Part shown: one piece after another, positions 1 to 9,561 of the stretch
How the letters are laid out: each line of letters begins with the position of its first letter
Numbering within the stretch: position 1 is the stretch's first letter
Assembly: GCA_041687455.1 (NCBI GenBank)
Contig: JAWLBY010000003.1
Span: 221,823 to 285,822, forward strand
Reading direction: 5' to 3'
Length of the DNA: 64,000 nt
Source of the DNA: Lysobacteraceae bacterium
GTDB lineage: Bacteria > Pseudomonadota > Gammaproteobacteria > Xanthomonadales > Xanthomonadaceae
Program-made: the position numbers and the translations under genes
The notes under the pieces: model-generated
Database searches by the model: none
What the model saw: only the letters and a program-made list of their open reading frames with translations
What the model was told of the DNA's origin: nothing

Positions 1-654
1 GTCGACGGCCGCGGTGCATCCAGTTCGAACCAGGCGCGGCTGGCCGCCGGCGGCACCGTGACGGTGCGGTTCTGCGAGAACGCAATCATCAGTGCCGGTG
101 CCGATCTGCAGATCGGCGAGTTCGCTCTGCACAGCGACCTGACCGCCGGGCAGCGGATCACCATCGGCGCGCCGGGCGGGCGCCGCAGTCAACTGATTGG
201 TGGCGTCGCTCGGGCCGGTGTCGCGCTGCAGGTCGGCGTCCTCGGCTCGAACGCCGGCGTGCCGACCCAGGTCGAGGTCGGCTACGAGCCGGAGGCGCAC
301 GCACAGGTCGCCGCGATCCAGCAGGAGATCGCCCGCAACGAGACCCGGCTCGAAAGCCTGCACCAGGTACTCGCCTACACCGAGACGCTGACCGACGAGC
401 ACCATCGCGAGCTGCGCGAGCGTGCGCTGCGCTCGCTGGAGGCCAGCGAGCAGACCCATGTCGAGCTGCTCGACCGGCTCGCCGAAGCGCGGGCGCGCCT
501 GGTGATGTGCGCGGATCCGCGTGTCGTGGTCGGGCAGGCCGCACACGCCGGCGTCGAACTCCGGCTCGGTCATCGCACCATGCGAACACCGGATGATAGT
601 GCCGCCGGCGACTTCATGCTGGTCGACGGCGAGATTCACCTGGTTGCCCGCTGA
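1..654 (+). CDS. FapA/DUF342 family protein, C-terminal part (5' end lies outside the window)
   Basis: Frame 1 is open from base 1 (the track ORF 58..654 is the same frame). It has a Gly/Val-rich beta-helix-like segment (ITIGAPGG..LIGGVARAGVALQVGVLGSNAGVPTQVEVG), then a coiled-coil and a C-terminal V.VG...H.GVEL..G block, as is typical of DUF342. Confidence 0.65.
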   Translation, partial: VDGRGASSSNQARLAAGGTVTVRFCENAIISAGADLQIGEFALHSDLTAGQRITIGAPGGRRSQLIGGVARAGVALQVGVLGSNAGVPTQVEVGYEPEAHAQVAAIQQEIARNETRLESLHQVLAYTETLTDEHHRELRERALRSLEASEQTHVELLDRLAEARARLVMCADPRVVVGQAAHAGVELRLGHRTMRTPDDSAAGDFMLVDGEIHLVAR

Positions 655-908
655 CAGGCCCGGGGCCCGCAGTCGGCAATCCGACCCCGGGCGTGGCGTC
701 TTCGTCACTGCGGCTCGAGTCCGTTCCGCCACACTCCGCCCGGTGCGGTGATGGCAATTTCCGCCACATTGTTGGGTGGTACGGGATCGGCGGTCGTTGA
801 GGTGGCCTCCAGTCGCAGCGACTCCGACCGGCATTCGCCGGCAGGAACGCTTGATCGACCGCCCGCATGGGATACCCGCTGCAGGAGCGGATCAGCGCGT
901 CCTGCGGA

Positions 909-2270
909 TCAGAACACCGCGGTCTCGGCCATCTCGGTCGCACCCCAGGCGCTCCATTCGGGCGCGGACTGCGGCTCGATGTAGATCGGCGTGCGCGCCA
1001 GTTGCCGTGAACGCTGGGCCCACTTCGGGTTCAGTTGCGCAGGATGCACGCTGCAGCGCACGCGCAGCTCGCCTTCACCGTCGATGTCGATCGCCGTGGT
1101 CGGCGCGTTGTCGTCGGGCGTATCGATGATCTGCACCCGTGGCGACAGCGAGGCGCCCGGACGGGATGCGATCACGACCGCCATCCGCTGGTCGGTCAGT
1201 TCAACCAGCGTGCCGGGCGGATAAACGCCCATGATGCGGACGAAGCGTGCCAGGTATTCCGGATCGAAATGCGCGCGCTCGACGCCGTACATCTGCTGCA
1301 GCGCCTGGTACGGCGTCAGGCCCGAGTGAACCTGCTGCAGCGGACAGAGCAGGTTCTGGTAGCGGTTGGCGATCGCGATCACGCGGCTGGCGGGAGTGAT
1401 CTGCTCGCGCTCGAGCGCGGCCGGGAAGCCGCTGCCGTCGCAGCGCTCGTGGTGTTCGGCGATGGCGCGGACGACCGCTGCGGAAAGGCCGATCGCTTTC
1501 GCCAGATCGACACCGAGCTCGACGTGGCGGCGGTAGGAGCGGCGTTCGAAATCGGTCAGCCGGCGGCTGTCCTCGTGCAGGAATCGCGGCAGCCGCAGTT
1601 TGCCGACGTCGTGCAGCAACGCAGCGAGTGCGACCTCGCGCAGCTCGGCCGGCGAGAAACCGCAGTCGCGCGCCAGCAGCAGCGCCAGCGCCGTGACGGC
1701 GATGTCATGGCCGGAAGTCTGTTGTCCGACGCGATCCGACAGCAACCGGACCGTCGGGTCGTGGCTATCGACGACCGAACGATGCACCGTCTCGCCGAGT
1801 TCTTCGGCGGCTTCGCGCGCCGCGGCCGGATCGGTCTGCAACTGCCGCAGCAGATGCCCATGCCGCTGGGAGACGTAGCGGTACTCGTCCTCGACCCGTT
1901 GCAGCGATGCTTCCTGCCACTGCAGTTCGGTTGCCGGTTCGGCGGCCGACCAGATCAGTCCGGCCGGCGCGGTTGCCGGTGACTCCGGCATCGGTGCTGC
2001 ATCGATGCTGTCGGGCAGGTCGGGAAGTTCGTCGATCGGCTGCAGTGCCGGATCGAGCGCAGATTCCGGCAGTGGCCCGGCGGTGCTGCGCTCGGGACAC
2101 CAGCGCACCTGCTGCAGGCCCAGCGTGCGCAACTGGCTCAACTGCTCGTCGGTGCGGATCGTGAAGCTGCCACGCAGGAACGGATGGTTCCGCCAGCCCA
2201 CGTCGAGCACGATGTACATGCCCAACTGCAGACGGTCGATGTCGATCAGCGGAAGTGACCCGGCAGCCAT
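909..2270 (-). CDS. HD-GYP domain c-di-GMP phosphodiesterase with DUF3391-type N-terminus
   Basis: 453 aa ORF with an ATG start. N-terminus IDIDRLQLGMYIVLDVGWRNHPF (DUF3391-like). HD-GYP motifs LHDVGKLRLP and HHERCDGSGFP. Confidence 0.9.
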   Translation of the reverse strand: MAAGSLPLIDIDRLQLGMYIVLDVGWRNHPFLRGSFTIRTDEQLSQLRTLGLQQVRWCPERSTAGPLPESALDPALQPIDELPDLPDSIDAAPMPESPATAPAGLIWSAAEPATELQWQEASLQRVEDEYRYVSQRHGHLLRQLQTDPAAAREAAEELGETVHRSVVDSHDPTVRLLSDRVGQQTSGHDIAVTALALLLARDCGFSPAELREVALAALLHDVGKLRLPRFLHEDSRRLTDFERRSYRRHVELGVDLAKAIGLSAAVVRAIAEHHERCDGSGFPAALEREQITPASRVIAIANRYQNLLCPLQQVHSGLTPYQALQQMYGVERAHFDPEYLARFVRIMGVYPPGTLVELTDQRMAVVIASRPGASLSPRVQIIDTPDDNAPTTAIDIDGEGELRVRCSVHPAQLNPKWAQRSRQLARTPIYIEPQSAPEWSAWGATEMAETAVF

Positions 2271-2393
2271 TGGTCCACCCTGAGGCTCTCAGTCCCGATC
2301 ATAGCGTCGGTCCGAACGGCCAAGCTGTGACCAGCGCCGGATATCGGGCGCCGCCGGTCGGCCAGGCAGGCCGCGGCGTCGGCCCGGTCCGGT

Positions 2394-4691
2394 TCAGTCG
2401 GTCACTCGACTCGGCGTGATGCTGACCGGCATTTCCTTGTAGGCCGGGGTCCGCGTATGCCGAGACAGCGCGCTTGCCGCGATCAGCCCGCTCGCTTCCG
2501 GGTAGTAGGCGGCGACGCAGCCGGACGGGATATCGCGGACACGGGCAGTGAAGCCGAGCACCCGCCGGGTGTGGCCGTCGTCGACCAGCGTTTCGATGTC
2601 GACCCGGGCGCCGTCGGCGAGGCCGCGGGCGGCGAGGTCGTCTGAATTCATGAACACGATCCGACGGTCGCCGACGACGTCGCGGTAGCGGTCGTCCTGG
2701 CTGTACACGGTCGTGTTGAACTGATCGTGGGCGCGGATCGTCATCAGCGTCAGCACGGAGTCACCGTGGCGGCGGCGGGCTTCGGCGACCGGTGTGTCGT
2801 CGCGCAGCGCTGCGGTGACGAATTGCGCCTTGCTGCTGGCGGTGTTCCAGCGTCGTTGCGCGGCCGGATTGGGCAGCGCGAAGCGGCCGTCGCGCGCGAG
2901 CTTGCGGTTGTAGCCATCGAAGCCGGCCGTGACACCGTGCTGGCAGCGCTCGATGCAGTCCCTGATCGCCGCGTAGTCGTCGGCCAAGGCCAGCCACGGC
3001 ACCGTCGGCGCGCAATCGAGCGCGTGGGCCAGGCGGGCGACGATCGCCGGTTCGCCGAGCTGCGCGTGGCTGATCGGCGCCTGCACGCCGCGCGATGCGC
3101 GGACATTGCTCATCGAATCTTCGGTCGACACGCATTGTTCGCTGCCGGCACGCAGATCGCGGTCGGTCCGGCCCAGCGTCGGCAGCAGCAGCGCGGTTTC
3201 GCCCGGGTGGCAGTGGGTCCGGTTGAGCTTGGTCGCGATGTGCAGCGTGAAGCGGCAACGCTCGAGCGCGGCCAGCACGCGCGGTGAGTCCGGGGCCGCC
3301 ACGCCGAAGTTGCCGCCGAGCGACAGCAGCGCCTGCACGCTGCCGTCGAACAGGCCGTCGATGACGCCGGCGGCGTCACGGCCTGCGTCACGACACAGGC
3401 TGACGCCCGGAAAGGCGGCCTGCAGGTTGTCGAGCCAGGCCGGTGACACGTGGGAGGTCGCACCCATCGTGCGGTCGCCCTGCACGTTGGAATGCCCGCG
3501 GACCGGCACCACGCCGGCGCCGGGGCGGCCGACGTTGCCGCGCAGCAGCGCCAGGTTGACGACCTGCTGGATCGTCGCAACCGCATCGGGATGGTGGGTG
3601 AGACCCATGCACCAGGTCAGCATCGTCGCGTGAGCGGTCGCGTAACGCGCGGCAATCTCGCGCATCTGCGATTTGGTCAGGGCCGAGCGCGCGCTCAGCG
3701 TGGCCCAGTCGCAGCGTTCGATATCGGCCCGCAGGGCATCGATGCCCTCGGTGTGGCTGCGGATGAAATCGTGGTCGAGCACGCGGCCCGGTGTGGCGCG
3801 TTCGAGTTCGAACAGCGCCTTCATGACGCCCTTCAGTGCCGCGAGGTCGCCACCGATGCGGACCTGGTAGATCGCGTCGGCCACTGCGATGCCGTGACCA
3901 CTGATCAGTTCGCCGACATTCTTCGGATCGGAGAAGTGCGTGAAGCCGCGTTCGCGCAGCGGATTGATCGCCAGCACCGTGGCGCCGCGACGACGCGCCT
4001 CGTACAGCGCGGCCATCATCCGCGGGTGGTTGCTGGCCGGATTCTGGCCGATCACGATGAACAGGTCGGCGTGCTCGAAGTCGTCCAGCGAACAGGTGCC
4101 CTTGCCGGTTCCGATGCTCTGTTTCAGTGCGAAGCCGGACGGCTTGTGACAGAAATTCGACGAGTCGGGCAGGTGTGCGCTGCCGTAACTGCGCGCAGCA
4201 AGTTGCCACAGGAAGGCCGCCTCGTTGCTGCTGCGGCCGGAGGCATAGAACGCCACGTGGTCGGGCGACAGGGCCGACAGTTCACGCGAAGCGATCGCGA
4301 ACGCCTCGGGCCAGTCGATCGCGCGAAAGTGGCCGCGCGATCGTTCGTACAGCACCGGCGTGGTCAGCCGGCCGTGGAACTCGAGATCGAAATCTCCGAG
4401 CGCCTGCAGCTCGGCCGGCGTCCTGCCGTCGAAGAATGCAGCATCGACCGACTTGCGGGTCATCTCCCAGGCGATCGCCTTCTGGCCCTGTTCGCAACTG
4501 TCGATCAGCGGCCGGCCGGGCTTGTCCGGAAACGCGCAACCGGGGCAGTCGAACCCGCCGACCGTGTTGGCCGACAGGAACGAGCCGACCAGCTTGACCG
4601 GGATGCCCTGGCGCGACCACGCACGCACTGCACCAGCGATCGCACCGCGTCCACCGGCGGGAGCACCATCGGGTCCTGCTCGCTGGGCCAT
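2394..4691 (-). CDS. FdhF/YdeP family molybdopterin oxidoreductase
   Basis: 765 aa. N-terminal Cys cluster GGFDCPGCAFPD. Shows the long molybdopterin oxidoreductase core and C-terminal molybdopterin dinucleotide-binding-like region typical of YdeP-type proteins. Confidence 0.85.
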   Translation of the reverse strand: MAQRAGPDGAPAGGRGAIAGAVRAWSRQGIPVKLVGSFLSANTVGGFDCPGCAFPDKPGRPLIDSCEQGQKAIAWEMTRKSVDAAFFDGRTPAELQALGDFDLEFHGRLTTPVLYERSRGHFRAIDWPEAFAIASRELSALSPDHVAFYASGRSSNEAAFLWQLAARSYGSAHLPDSSNFCHKPSGFALKQSIGTGKGTCSLDDFEHADLFIVIGQNPASNHPRMMAALYEARRRGATVLAINPLRERGFTHFSDPKNVGELISGHGIAVADAIYQVRIGGDLAALKGVMKALFELERATPGRVLDHDFIRSHTEGIDALRADIERCDWATLSARSALTKSQMREIAARYATAHATMLTWCMGLTHHPDAVATIQQVVNLALLRGNVGRPGAGVVPVRGHSNVQGDRTMGATSHVSPAWLDNLQAAFPGVSLCRDAGRDAAGVIDGLFDGSVQALLSLGGNFGVAAPDSPRVLAALERCRFTLHIATKLNRTHCHPGETALLLPTLGRTDRDLRAGSEQCVSTEDSMSNVRASRGVQAPISHAQLGEPAIVARLAHALDCAPTVPWLALADDYAAIRDCIERCQHGVTAGFDGYNRKLARDGRFALPNPAAQRRWNTASSKAQFVTAALRDDTPVAEARRRHGDSVLTLMTIRAHDQFNTTVYSQDDRYRDVVGDRRIVFMNSDDLAARGLADGARVDIETLVDDGHTRRVLGFTARVRDIPSGCVAAYYPEASGLIAASALSRHTRTPAYKEMPVSITPSRVTD

Positions 4692-4807
4692 CGGTGGTTC
4701 CGTCCGTGAGCGTCTGCCGATGATGCCCGTTTCCGGCTGAAGCCTGCAGCAGCGTCAGCCCGGTGATGCCGTATCGTGACATCCCTGCACCGAAGGAGGC
4801 CTCGTCG

Positions 4808-5266
4808 ATGACCCCGAATCCGGTCTACCTGCGGGCGCTGCAGGACAGCGTCCGGGATGCACCGTACCCGCTGCTGATCGGCATGACGCTGGCTGCGATC
4901 GACTTCGATCGATGCCGGATCGAACTGGAACTCGGTGAACGCCACCTGCAACCGTTCGGCATCGTGCATGGCGGAGTGCTGGCGACGCTGATCGATACCG
5001 CGACGTTCTGGGCCGGATTCCTGCGCCTGCCCGAGGACGCCGGGCTGGTCAACGTCGACCTCAAGCTCAACTACCTGAAGGCGGTCACCCGCGGGCAGTT
5101 GCACGCCGAGGGCCGGTGCCTTCGTGCCGGGCGTCAGATCAGCTACACCGAGGCCAGCGTGTTCGACGCCGACGGCGAACGGATCGCGCATGGCACGTCG
5201 ACACTGCTGGCGCTGCCGGGCAAGGGATTGCGGCTGGGAGTGCCGAAGTTCCTGGACGATGCCTGA
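4808..5266 (+). CDS. PaaI-family hotdog-fold thioesterase
   Basis: ATG at 4808 is preceded by AAGGAGG. Motif GIVHGGVLATLIDTA. About 150 aa, typical for PaaI/YbgC-like thioesterases. Confidence 0.8.
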   Translation: MTPNPVYLRALQDSVRDAPYPLLIGMTLAAIDFDRCRIELELGERHLQPFGIVHGGVLATLIDTATFWAGFLRLPEDAGLVNVDLKLNYLKAVTRGQLHAEGRCLRAGRQISYTEASVFDADGERIAHGTSTLLALPGKGLRLGVPKFLDDA

Positions 5267-5281
5267 CCCGGCGCCGACCGG

Positions 5282-6127
5282 TCAGGCCAGCCGGCCGCGC
5301 AGATCCTGTCGGTAACGGCGACTGACCGGCACCGTGGTGCCGGTGGTCAGATGGGCGCGGGCGTCGCCGGTGTCGAACGGTTCGATCTCGCGGACCCGGT
5401 CGAGATTGACGATCGCACTGCGATGGACGCGGGTGAAGCGCTGCGGATCGAGTTTCTGCAGGATGCCGGTCATCGTCTCGCGGTGCGGATAGAGCCGTTC
5501 GCCGACGTGCAGCGTGACGTAGTTGCCGGCCGCCTCGATCCAGTCGATGTCGTCGACCCGGACCAGGAATTCGCGGCCGAGCTTCTTGACCAGGAAGCGG
5601 TCGGTGACCGGCTCGGCGGGTTCTTCCTCGCGGCCCTGGGTCAGGAACTCGGCTTCGCCCTGCCAGCGGCGCAGCACGAAGCGGTACAGATAGATCGTCG
5701 CGACGAAGCCGGCGTAGGTCCGTACGTCCTTGAGGTACTCGTAGCCGAGCCCGGCCGGCCAGTCGCCGAACCGGTAGTCCTCGCCCATCCAGGCGTAGCC
5801 GAGCTCGCGCAGCGCGACCATGCCGAGCACGTGGGCAACCGAGAACGGCACCGTGAACGCCAGATGGGCGGCGAGGCTGCGACGGAAGCGGCCGGACTGC
5901 AACGGAAAGCGGCGGTCGAACCACAGCAGCAGCGGAATGATGGCGAGCCAGGTCAGGCCGCTCGACCATTCCCAGACCCACGGCTTCCACTGCGCGACCT
6001 GCTGGCCCATCCGGGCGAGGTCGATATTGACCGTGATGCTGTTGGCGATGCTGTGGACGGCGACCAGCACCAGCCAGAAGCCGACTTCGCAGACCCGGCG
6101 GTGGCGAAGATAGGTGTGCGGGCTCAC
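5282..6127 (-). CDS. Membrane-anchored LytTR-domain DNA-binding protein
   Basis: GTG start. N-terminal half has about 4 hydrophobic helices. C-terminal LytTR domain: VRVDDIDWIEAAGNYVTLHV..FTRVHRSAIVNLDRV. Confidence 0.8.
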   Translation of the reverse strand: MSPHTYLRHRRVCEVGFWLVLVAVHSIANSITVNIDLARMGQQVAQWKPWVWEWSSGLTWLAIIPLLLWFDRRFPLQSGRFRRSLAAHLAFTVPFSVAHVLGMVALRELGYAWMGEDYRFGDWPAGLGYEYLKDVRTYAGFVATIYLYRFVLRRWQGEAEFLTQGREEEPAEPVTDRFLVKKLGREFLVRVDDIDWIEAAGNYVTLHVGERLYPHRETMTGILQKLDPQRFTRVHRSAIVNLDRVREIEPFDTGDARAHLTTGTTVPVSRRYRQDLRGRLA

Positions 6128-6163
6128 GAGCGTACGGGACGATCCGGTGGCGGGCCCGGCATT

Positions 6164-6331
6164 CTAGTGGGCTGTAACGGACAAATCGAAAGTAGCTCGC
6201 TCGGTCTGGCCGCATTGTACTTGCTCCTCACTCGACCGATAGCTTCGGCTATCGGCCTCGCTCCGGAGCGGCGTCCACCACGCCCATCCCGTCGCGATCC
6301 CACTTCCGCTTCATCCGTTACAGTCCACTAG
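6164..6331. repeat. Inverted-repeat-bounded ~168 bp element (candidate MITE or structured ncRNA)
   Basis: CTAGTGGGCTGTAACGGA (6164..6181) is the reverse complement of TCCGTTACAGTCCACTAG (6314..6331) with 1 mismatch. A perfect 8 bp stem CCGATAGC/GCTATCGG with a TTCG loop (6236..6255) sits at the exact midpoint. Local GC is clearly below the surroundings, and there is no credible ORF. Confidence 0.5.
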
Positions 6332-6504
6332 CCGGCAGCGCCGCCCGCCGACCCGCCGAAACCGGCGGGTGCCACAGTGGCGGTTTCCATTCGTCCCGGC
6401 AGCCCGCGATTCGTCCCGGTGGCACCGCGCACCGTCACATTCGGCTACCGGCGGCGCCGGCCTGCGGCCACGCTGGCGGGCATCTCACTGACGGAGGTGC
6501 ACCC

Positions 6505-7746
6505 ATGCACGCTGCGACCACCGACGGCACCGGCCGCCGCCACGATATCGACGCGCTGCGCGTGCTCGCGTTCGGCCTGCTGATCTTCTATCACGTCGGC
6601 ATGTTCTACGTGGCCGACTGGGGCTGGCACATCAAGTCGGAGCACGCGGCGCAATGGCTCAAATGGCCGATGCTGGTCGTCAACCCGTGGCGGATGTCGC
6701 TGCTGTTCCTGATCTCCGGCGTCGCGGTCACCTTCCTGCTCCGGAAGGTCGGTCCGGGGCGGTTTGCGGCGCTGCGGGTACGCCGGCTGCTGCTGCCGCT
6801 GCTGTTCGGCATGGCCGTGGTCGTGCCGCCGCAGGCCTACTTTCAGGCAACCTCCAACCATGCATTTTCAGGAGGATACATTGATTTTCTGATCCATTAC
6901 TTCACCTTCAGGCCGTGGCCGGAAGGCGCGTTCGACGGCTCCGACATCGGCGTGACCTGGAACCATCTGTGGTACCTGCCGTACCTGCTGGTGTACTCGC
7001 TGCTGCTGGGCGCGGCCCTGCCGTTGCTCGAAAGCCGCGCCGGCCGCCTGCTGCGCGATGCGTTCCGCGGCCTGCGCGGGGTCGCGTTGTGGCTGCTGCC
7101 GACGCTGCCGCTGACGCTGGCGAGCTGGCTGCTGGCCGGCCGTTATCCGACCACCCACGACCTGATCAACGACTGGCACACCCATGCGCAGTACTTCGCG
7201 GTGTTCCTGTTTGGTTACTGGATCGGCACCGACGCCGGGTGGTGGGACGAGCTGCGCCGGCACCGCTGGTGGCTGCTCGGCGCCGCGTGGCTGACGTTCG
7301 CGACGTTCGTGCTGCTGGCGATCGTCACGGTGCCGGAGCCGAGCGTCGCAAGGGCCGCGTTCGATTTCGTGCAGCGGCTCAACGGCTGGACCTGGATCTT
7401 GCTGGTGCTGGGCTGGGGCCACCATCTGCTGAACCGGCCGTTCCGCTGGCTGCCGTACGCGACCGAGGCGGTCTACCCGTGGTACATCCTGCACCAGACG
7501 ATCACGGTTGCCGCCGGCTTCGGCCTCGCCACGCTGGCGCTCGGCCCGGTGCTCGAGCCGACGCTGGTGATCGTCGCGACGATCGGCGGCTGCCTGCTGC
7601 TTCACGAGGCGGTGATCCGCCGGATCGGATGGCTGCGGCCGTTGTTCGGACTCGGTGCGCGGCCGCGGCAGACGCTGATCGGGCCGAAAGGCGAACCGCG
7701 CAGCACGCCGCATGCAGGCACGGTCGATGCGTCATCGCCAGGCTGA
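6505..7746 (+). CDS. Acyltransferase family 3 (OpgC/OafA-like) integral membrane protein
   Basis: ATG with GGAGG upstream. N-terminal DIDALRVLAFGLLIFYHVGMFY motif, and about 10 predicted TM helices across 413 aa. Confidence 0.8.
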   Translation: MHAATTDGTGRRHDIDALRVLAFGLLIFYHVGMFYVADWGWHIKSEHAAQWLKWPMLVVNPWRMSLLFLISGVAVTFLLRKVGPGRFAALRVRRLLLPLLFGMAVVVPPQAYFQATSNHAFSGGYIDFLIHYFTFRPWPEGAFDGSDIGVTWNHLWYLPYLLVYSLLLGAALPLLESRAGRLLRDAFRGLRGVALWLLPTLPLTLASWLLAGRYPTTHDLINDWHTHAQYFAVFLFGYWIGTDAGWWDELRRHRWWLLGAAWLTFATFVLLAIVTVPEPSVARAAFDFVQRLNGWTWILLVLGWGHHLLNRPFRWLPYATEAVYPWYILHQTITVAAGFGLATLALGPVLEPTLVIVATIGGCLLLHEAVIRRIGWLRPLFGLGARPRQTLIGPKGEPRSTPHAGTVDASSPG

Positions 7747-8071
7747 TGGCCGGTGCCTGGCACGCGGCTCGGAGTGGCGGCGCGCGGTCGGGACGCGCGA
7801 CGCCGTGCCGAGATGACGGGAAGGCAGAGTGACGTGCGCGAGGTTCCGCATGCCAGCATGCCCTTGGTCGCATGGTGTGCTGGCGTCGCCGACGGCTGGA
7901 GCCAAGGGCAGGGCGCATGACCTGCACTGAGCAAGCGCGCCGCTCGCACACCTTGCTGCTGTCGCCGGCGACGGTCAAGATCGGCAGCCGAGGCCCTGCG
8001 CCGGACTCCGTTGCGGCTGACTCATGCCGCCTGATCGGCGGTTTGAGCCACCACTGAACTGGCCGGCCGCA

Positions 8072-8485
8072 ATGCTCAACACGCTTTCCCTGCTCGTTGT
8101 CGTGCTTGCCGGTCTCTACTTCGTGGTGCTCTCGGCAGTCATCCTGGCCGCGCCTGCTCGCGCTTCCTCATTCCTGGCGGGATTCGCCAGCTCGGCTACG
8201 ACGCACTATGTCGAGTTGCTGGTTCGGTGGCTGGTCGGAGCGGCCTTCCTCATCCAGGCCGCGCGAGTGCCATTGCCGGCAGCGTTCTCGGCCTTTGGCT
8301 GGCTGCTTCTCGTTACCACGGCCGGGCTCTTTCTCGTGCCGTGGCGGTGGCATCGGCGGTTCGCACTGCGAGTGGTTCCGCATGTCCTTCGCTACTGTTC
8401 CCTGGTCGCGCTGGTCTCGTTGCTGATTGGCGGCTTCGTGCTCTGGTCCGCCATCCACGGCGCCGGCTGGTCAGCACTGCGATAG
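8072..8485 (+). CDS. Hypothetical 4-TM membrane protein
   Basis: ORF in the 8024..8485 frame, with MLNTLSLLVVVLAGLYFVVL as the likely start. Four hydrophobic segments. No recognisable family. Confidence 0.45.
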   Translation: MLNTLSLLVVVLAGLYFVVLSAVILAAPARASSFLAGFASSATTHYVELLVRWLVGAAFLIQAARVPLPAAFSAFGWLLLVTTAGLFLVPWRWHRRFALRVVPHVLRYCSLVALVSLLIGGFVLWSAIHGAGWSALR

Positions 8486-8628
8486 TCGGCGAAGATCGGA
8501 CGTGTTGGCGTTCCTGGTCGTCGTCGGACTGCCGCTCACGGGAGTTGCACCGGCGACTGGCCCGGCCTTCGGCGCTGTCCGCGGTTCGATCGTTCCGCCT
8601 CATCGATCCGCCTCATTCGGAGAGTTCA

Positions 8629-9519
8629 ATGCGCCTGCGCACCCTGTATCCGCTGCTGCTCGCGTTGGTGCTGTTGCTGGTCGGCGGGCTGGCGCATGCG
8701 CGACCGGTGCCGTTGATGTGGCAGGTCGGCAAGGGCGAGGCGCGGGTCAGCCTGCTCGGCAGCTTCCACATGCTCAAGCCGCAGGATTATCCGATGGATG
8801 CCGCGATCGAGCAGGCCTACGCCGACGCCGATCGGCTGGTGTTCGAGGTCGACCAGGCCGAGATGCGCTCGCCAGCCCTCGCTCGCGGTTTGCTGCAGGC
8901 GTCGCAGTTCGACGATGGACAGACCTTGCGCGGCGTGCTGCCAGACGATGTGCGGCAGCGGCTCGAGGCGTTCATGGGTGCGAAGGCGGTGGCCGGTTCG
9001 GACGGCGTGAAGCCCTGGTTCATCTCGCTCAACCTCGTGATGTCGGTGGTCGTGCAGGCCGGGTTCAATCCCGCGCTCGGGATGGATGCCCATTTCATGC
9101 AGCGGGCTGCGCGCGACGGCAAACCGATGGCCGGACTCGAGACCGCTGCCGACCAGATCAGGGCCCTGTCAGGCGCACCGATCGCCGAGCAGGTGGTGGG
9201 GCTGTCGGAAGTGCTGCAACCGATCGAGCAGGTCAGGCAGCGCTTCGACGAGCTTCATGCGTTCTGGCGCAGCGGTGACGCTGCCGCGATCGAGCGCGTG
9301 ATGCTCGACGAGATGATCGAGAAGACGCCGCACACTGCCCGGCTGCTGAACAGCGACCGCAACCTGCGCTGGCTGCCGCAGATCGAGGCGATGCTGGACG
9401 GCGACGGGCACACGCTGGTTGTCGTCGGTGCGCTGCATCTGGTCGGCGAAGTGGGGTTGGTCGAGCGGTTGCGGGCGAAGGGCTACCAGGTTGATCGCAT
9501 CGCGGCTGCATCGCGCTGA
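8629..9519 (+). CDS. TraB/GumN family protein (Tiki/ChaN superfamily), exported
   Basis: Signal peptide MRLRTLYPLLLALVLLLVGGLAHA. First GxxH motif LLGSFHML, and second motif VVGALHLVG near the C-terminus after DRNLRW. The track ORF 8227..9519 has an implausible upstream extension. Confidence 0.85.
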   Translation: MRLRTLYPLLLALVLLLVGGLAHARPVPLMWQVGKGEARVSLLGSFHMLKPQDYPMDAAIEQAYADADRLVFEVDQAEMRSPALARGLLQASQFDDGQTLRGVLPDDVRQRLEAFMGAKAVAGSDGVKPWFISLNLVMSVVVQAGFNPALGMDAHFMQRAARDGKPMAGLETAADQIRALSGAPIAEQVVGLSEVLQPIEQVRQRFDELHAFWRSGDAAAIERVMLDEMIEKTPHTARLLNSDRNLRWLPQIEAMLDGDGHTLVVVGALHLVGEVGLVERLRAKGYQVDRIAAASR

Positions 9520-9561
9520 GCGGACGGCGATGTTCCATCACCGAAGCGCGTGGAGAACGGC

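Noticed and set aside
2394-4691. Possible selenocysteine (in-frame TGA) in the FdhF/YdeP-type oxidoreductase
   Set aside because: The ORF is uninterrupted over 765 codons, and the active-site region carries Cys rather than a TGA. No SECIS-like hairpin is needed.
6164-6331. Retron msr/msd or 6S RNA interpretation of the inverted-repeat element
   Set aside because: Retron ncRNAs are flanked by inverted repeats, but no reverse transcriptase gene is present nearby. 6S RNA is normally next to a 5-formyltetrahydrofolate cyclo-ligase gene, and I could not match the conserved 6S central-bubble features by eye. It is kept only as a generic MITE/ncRNA candidate.
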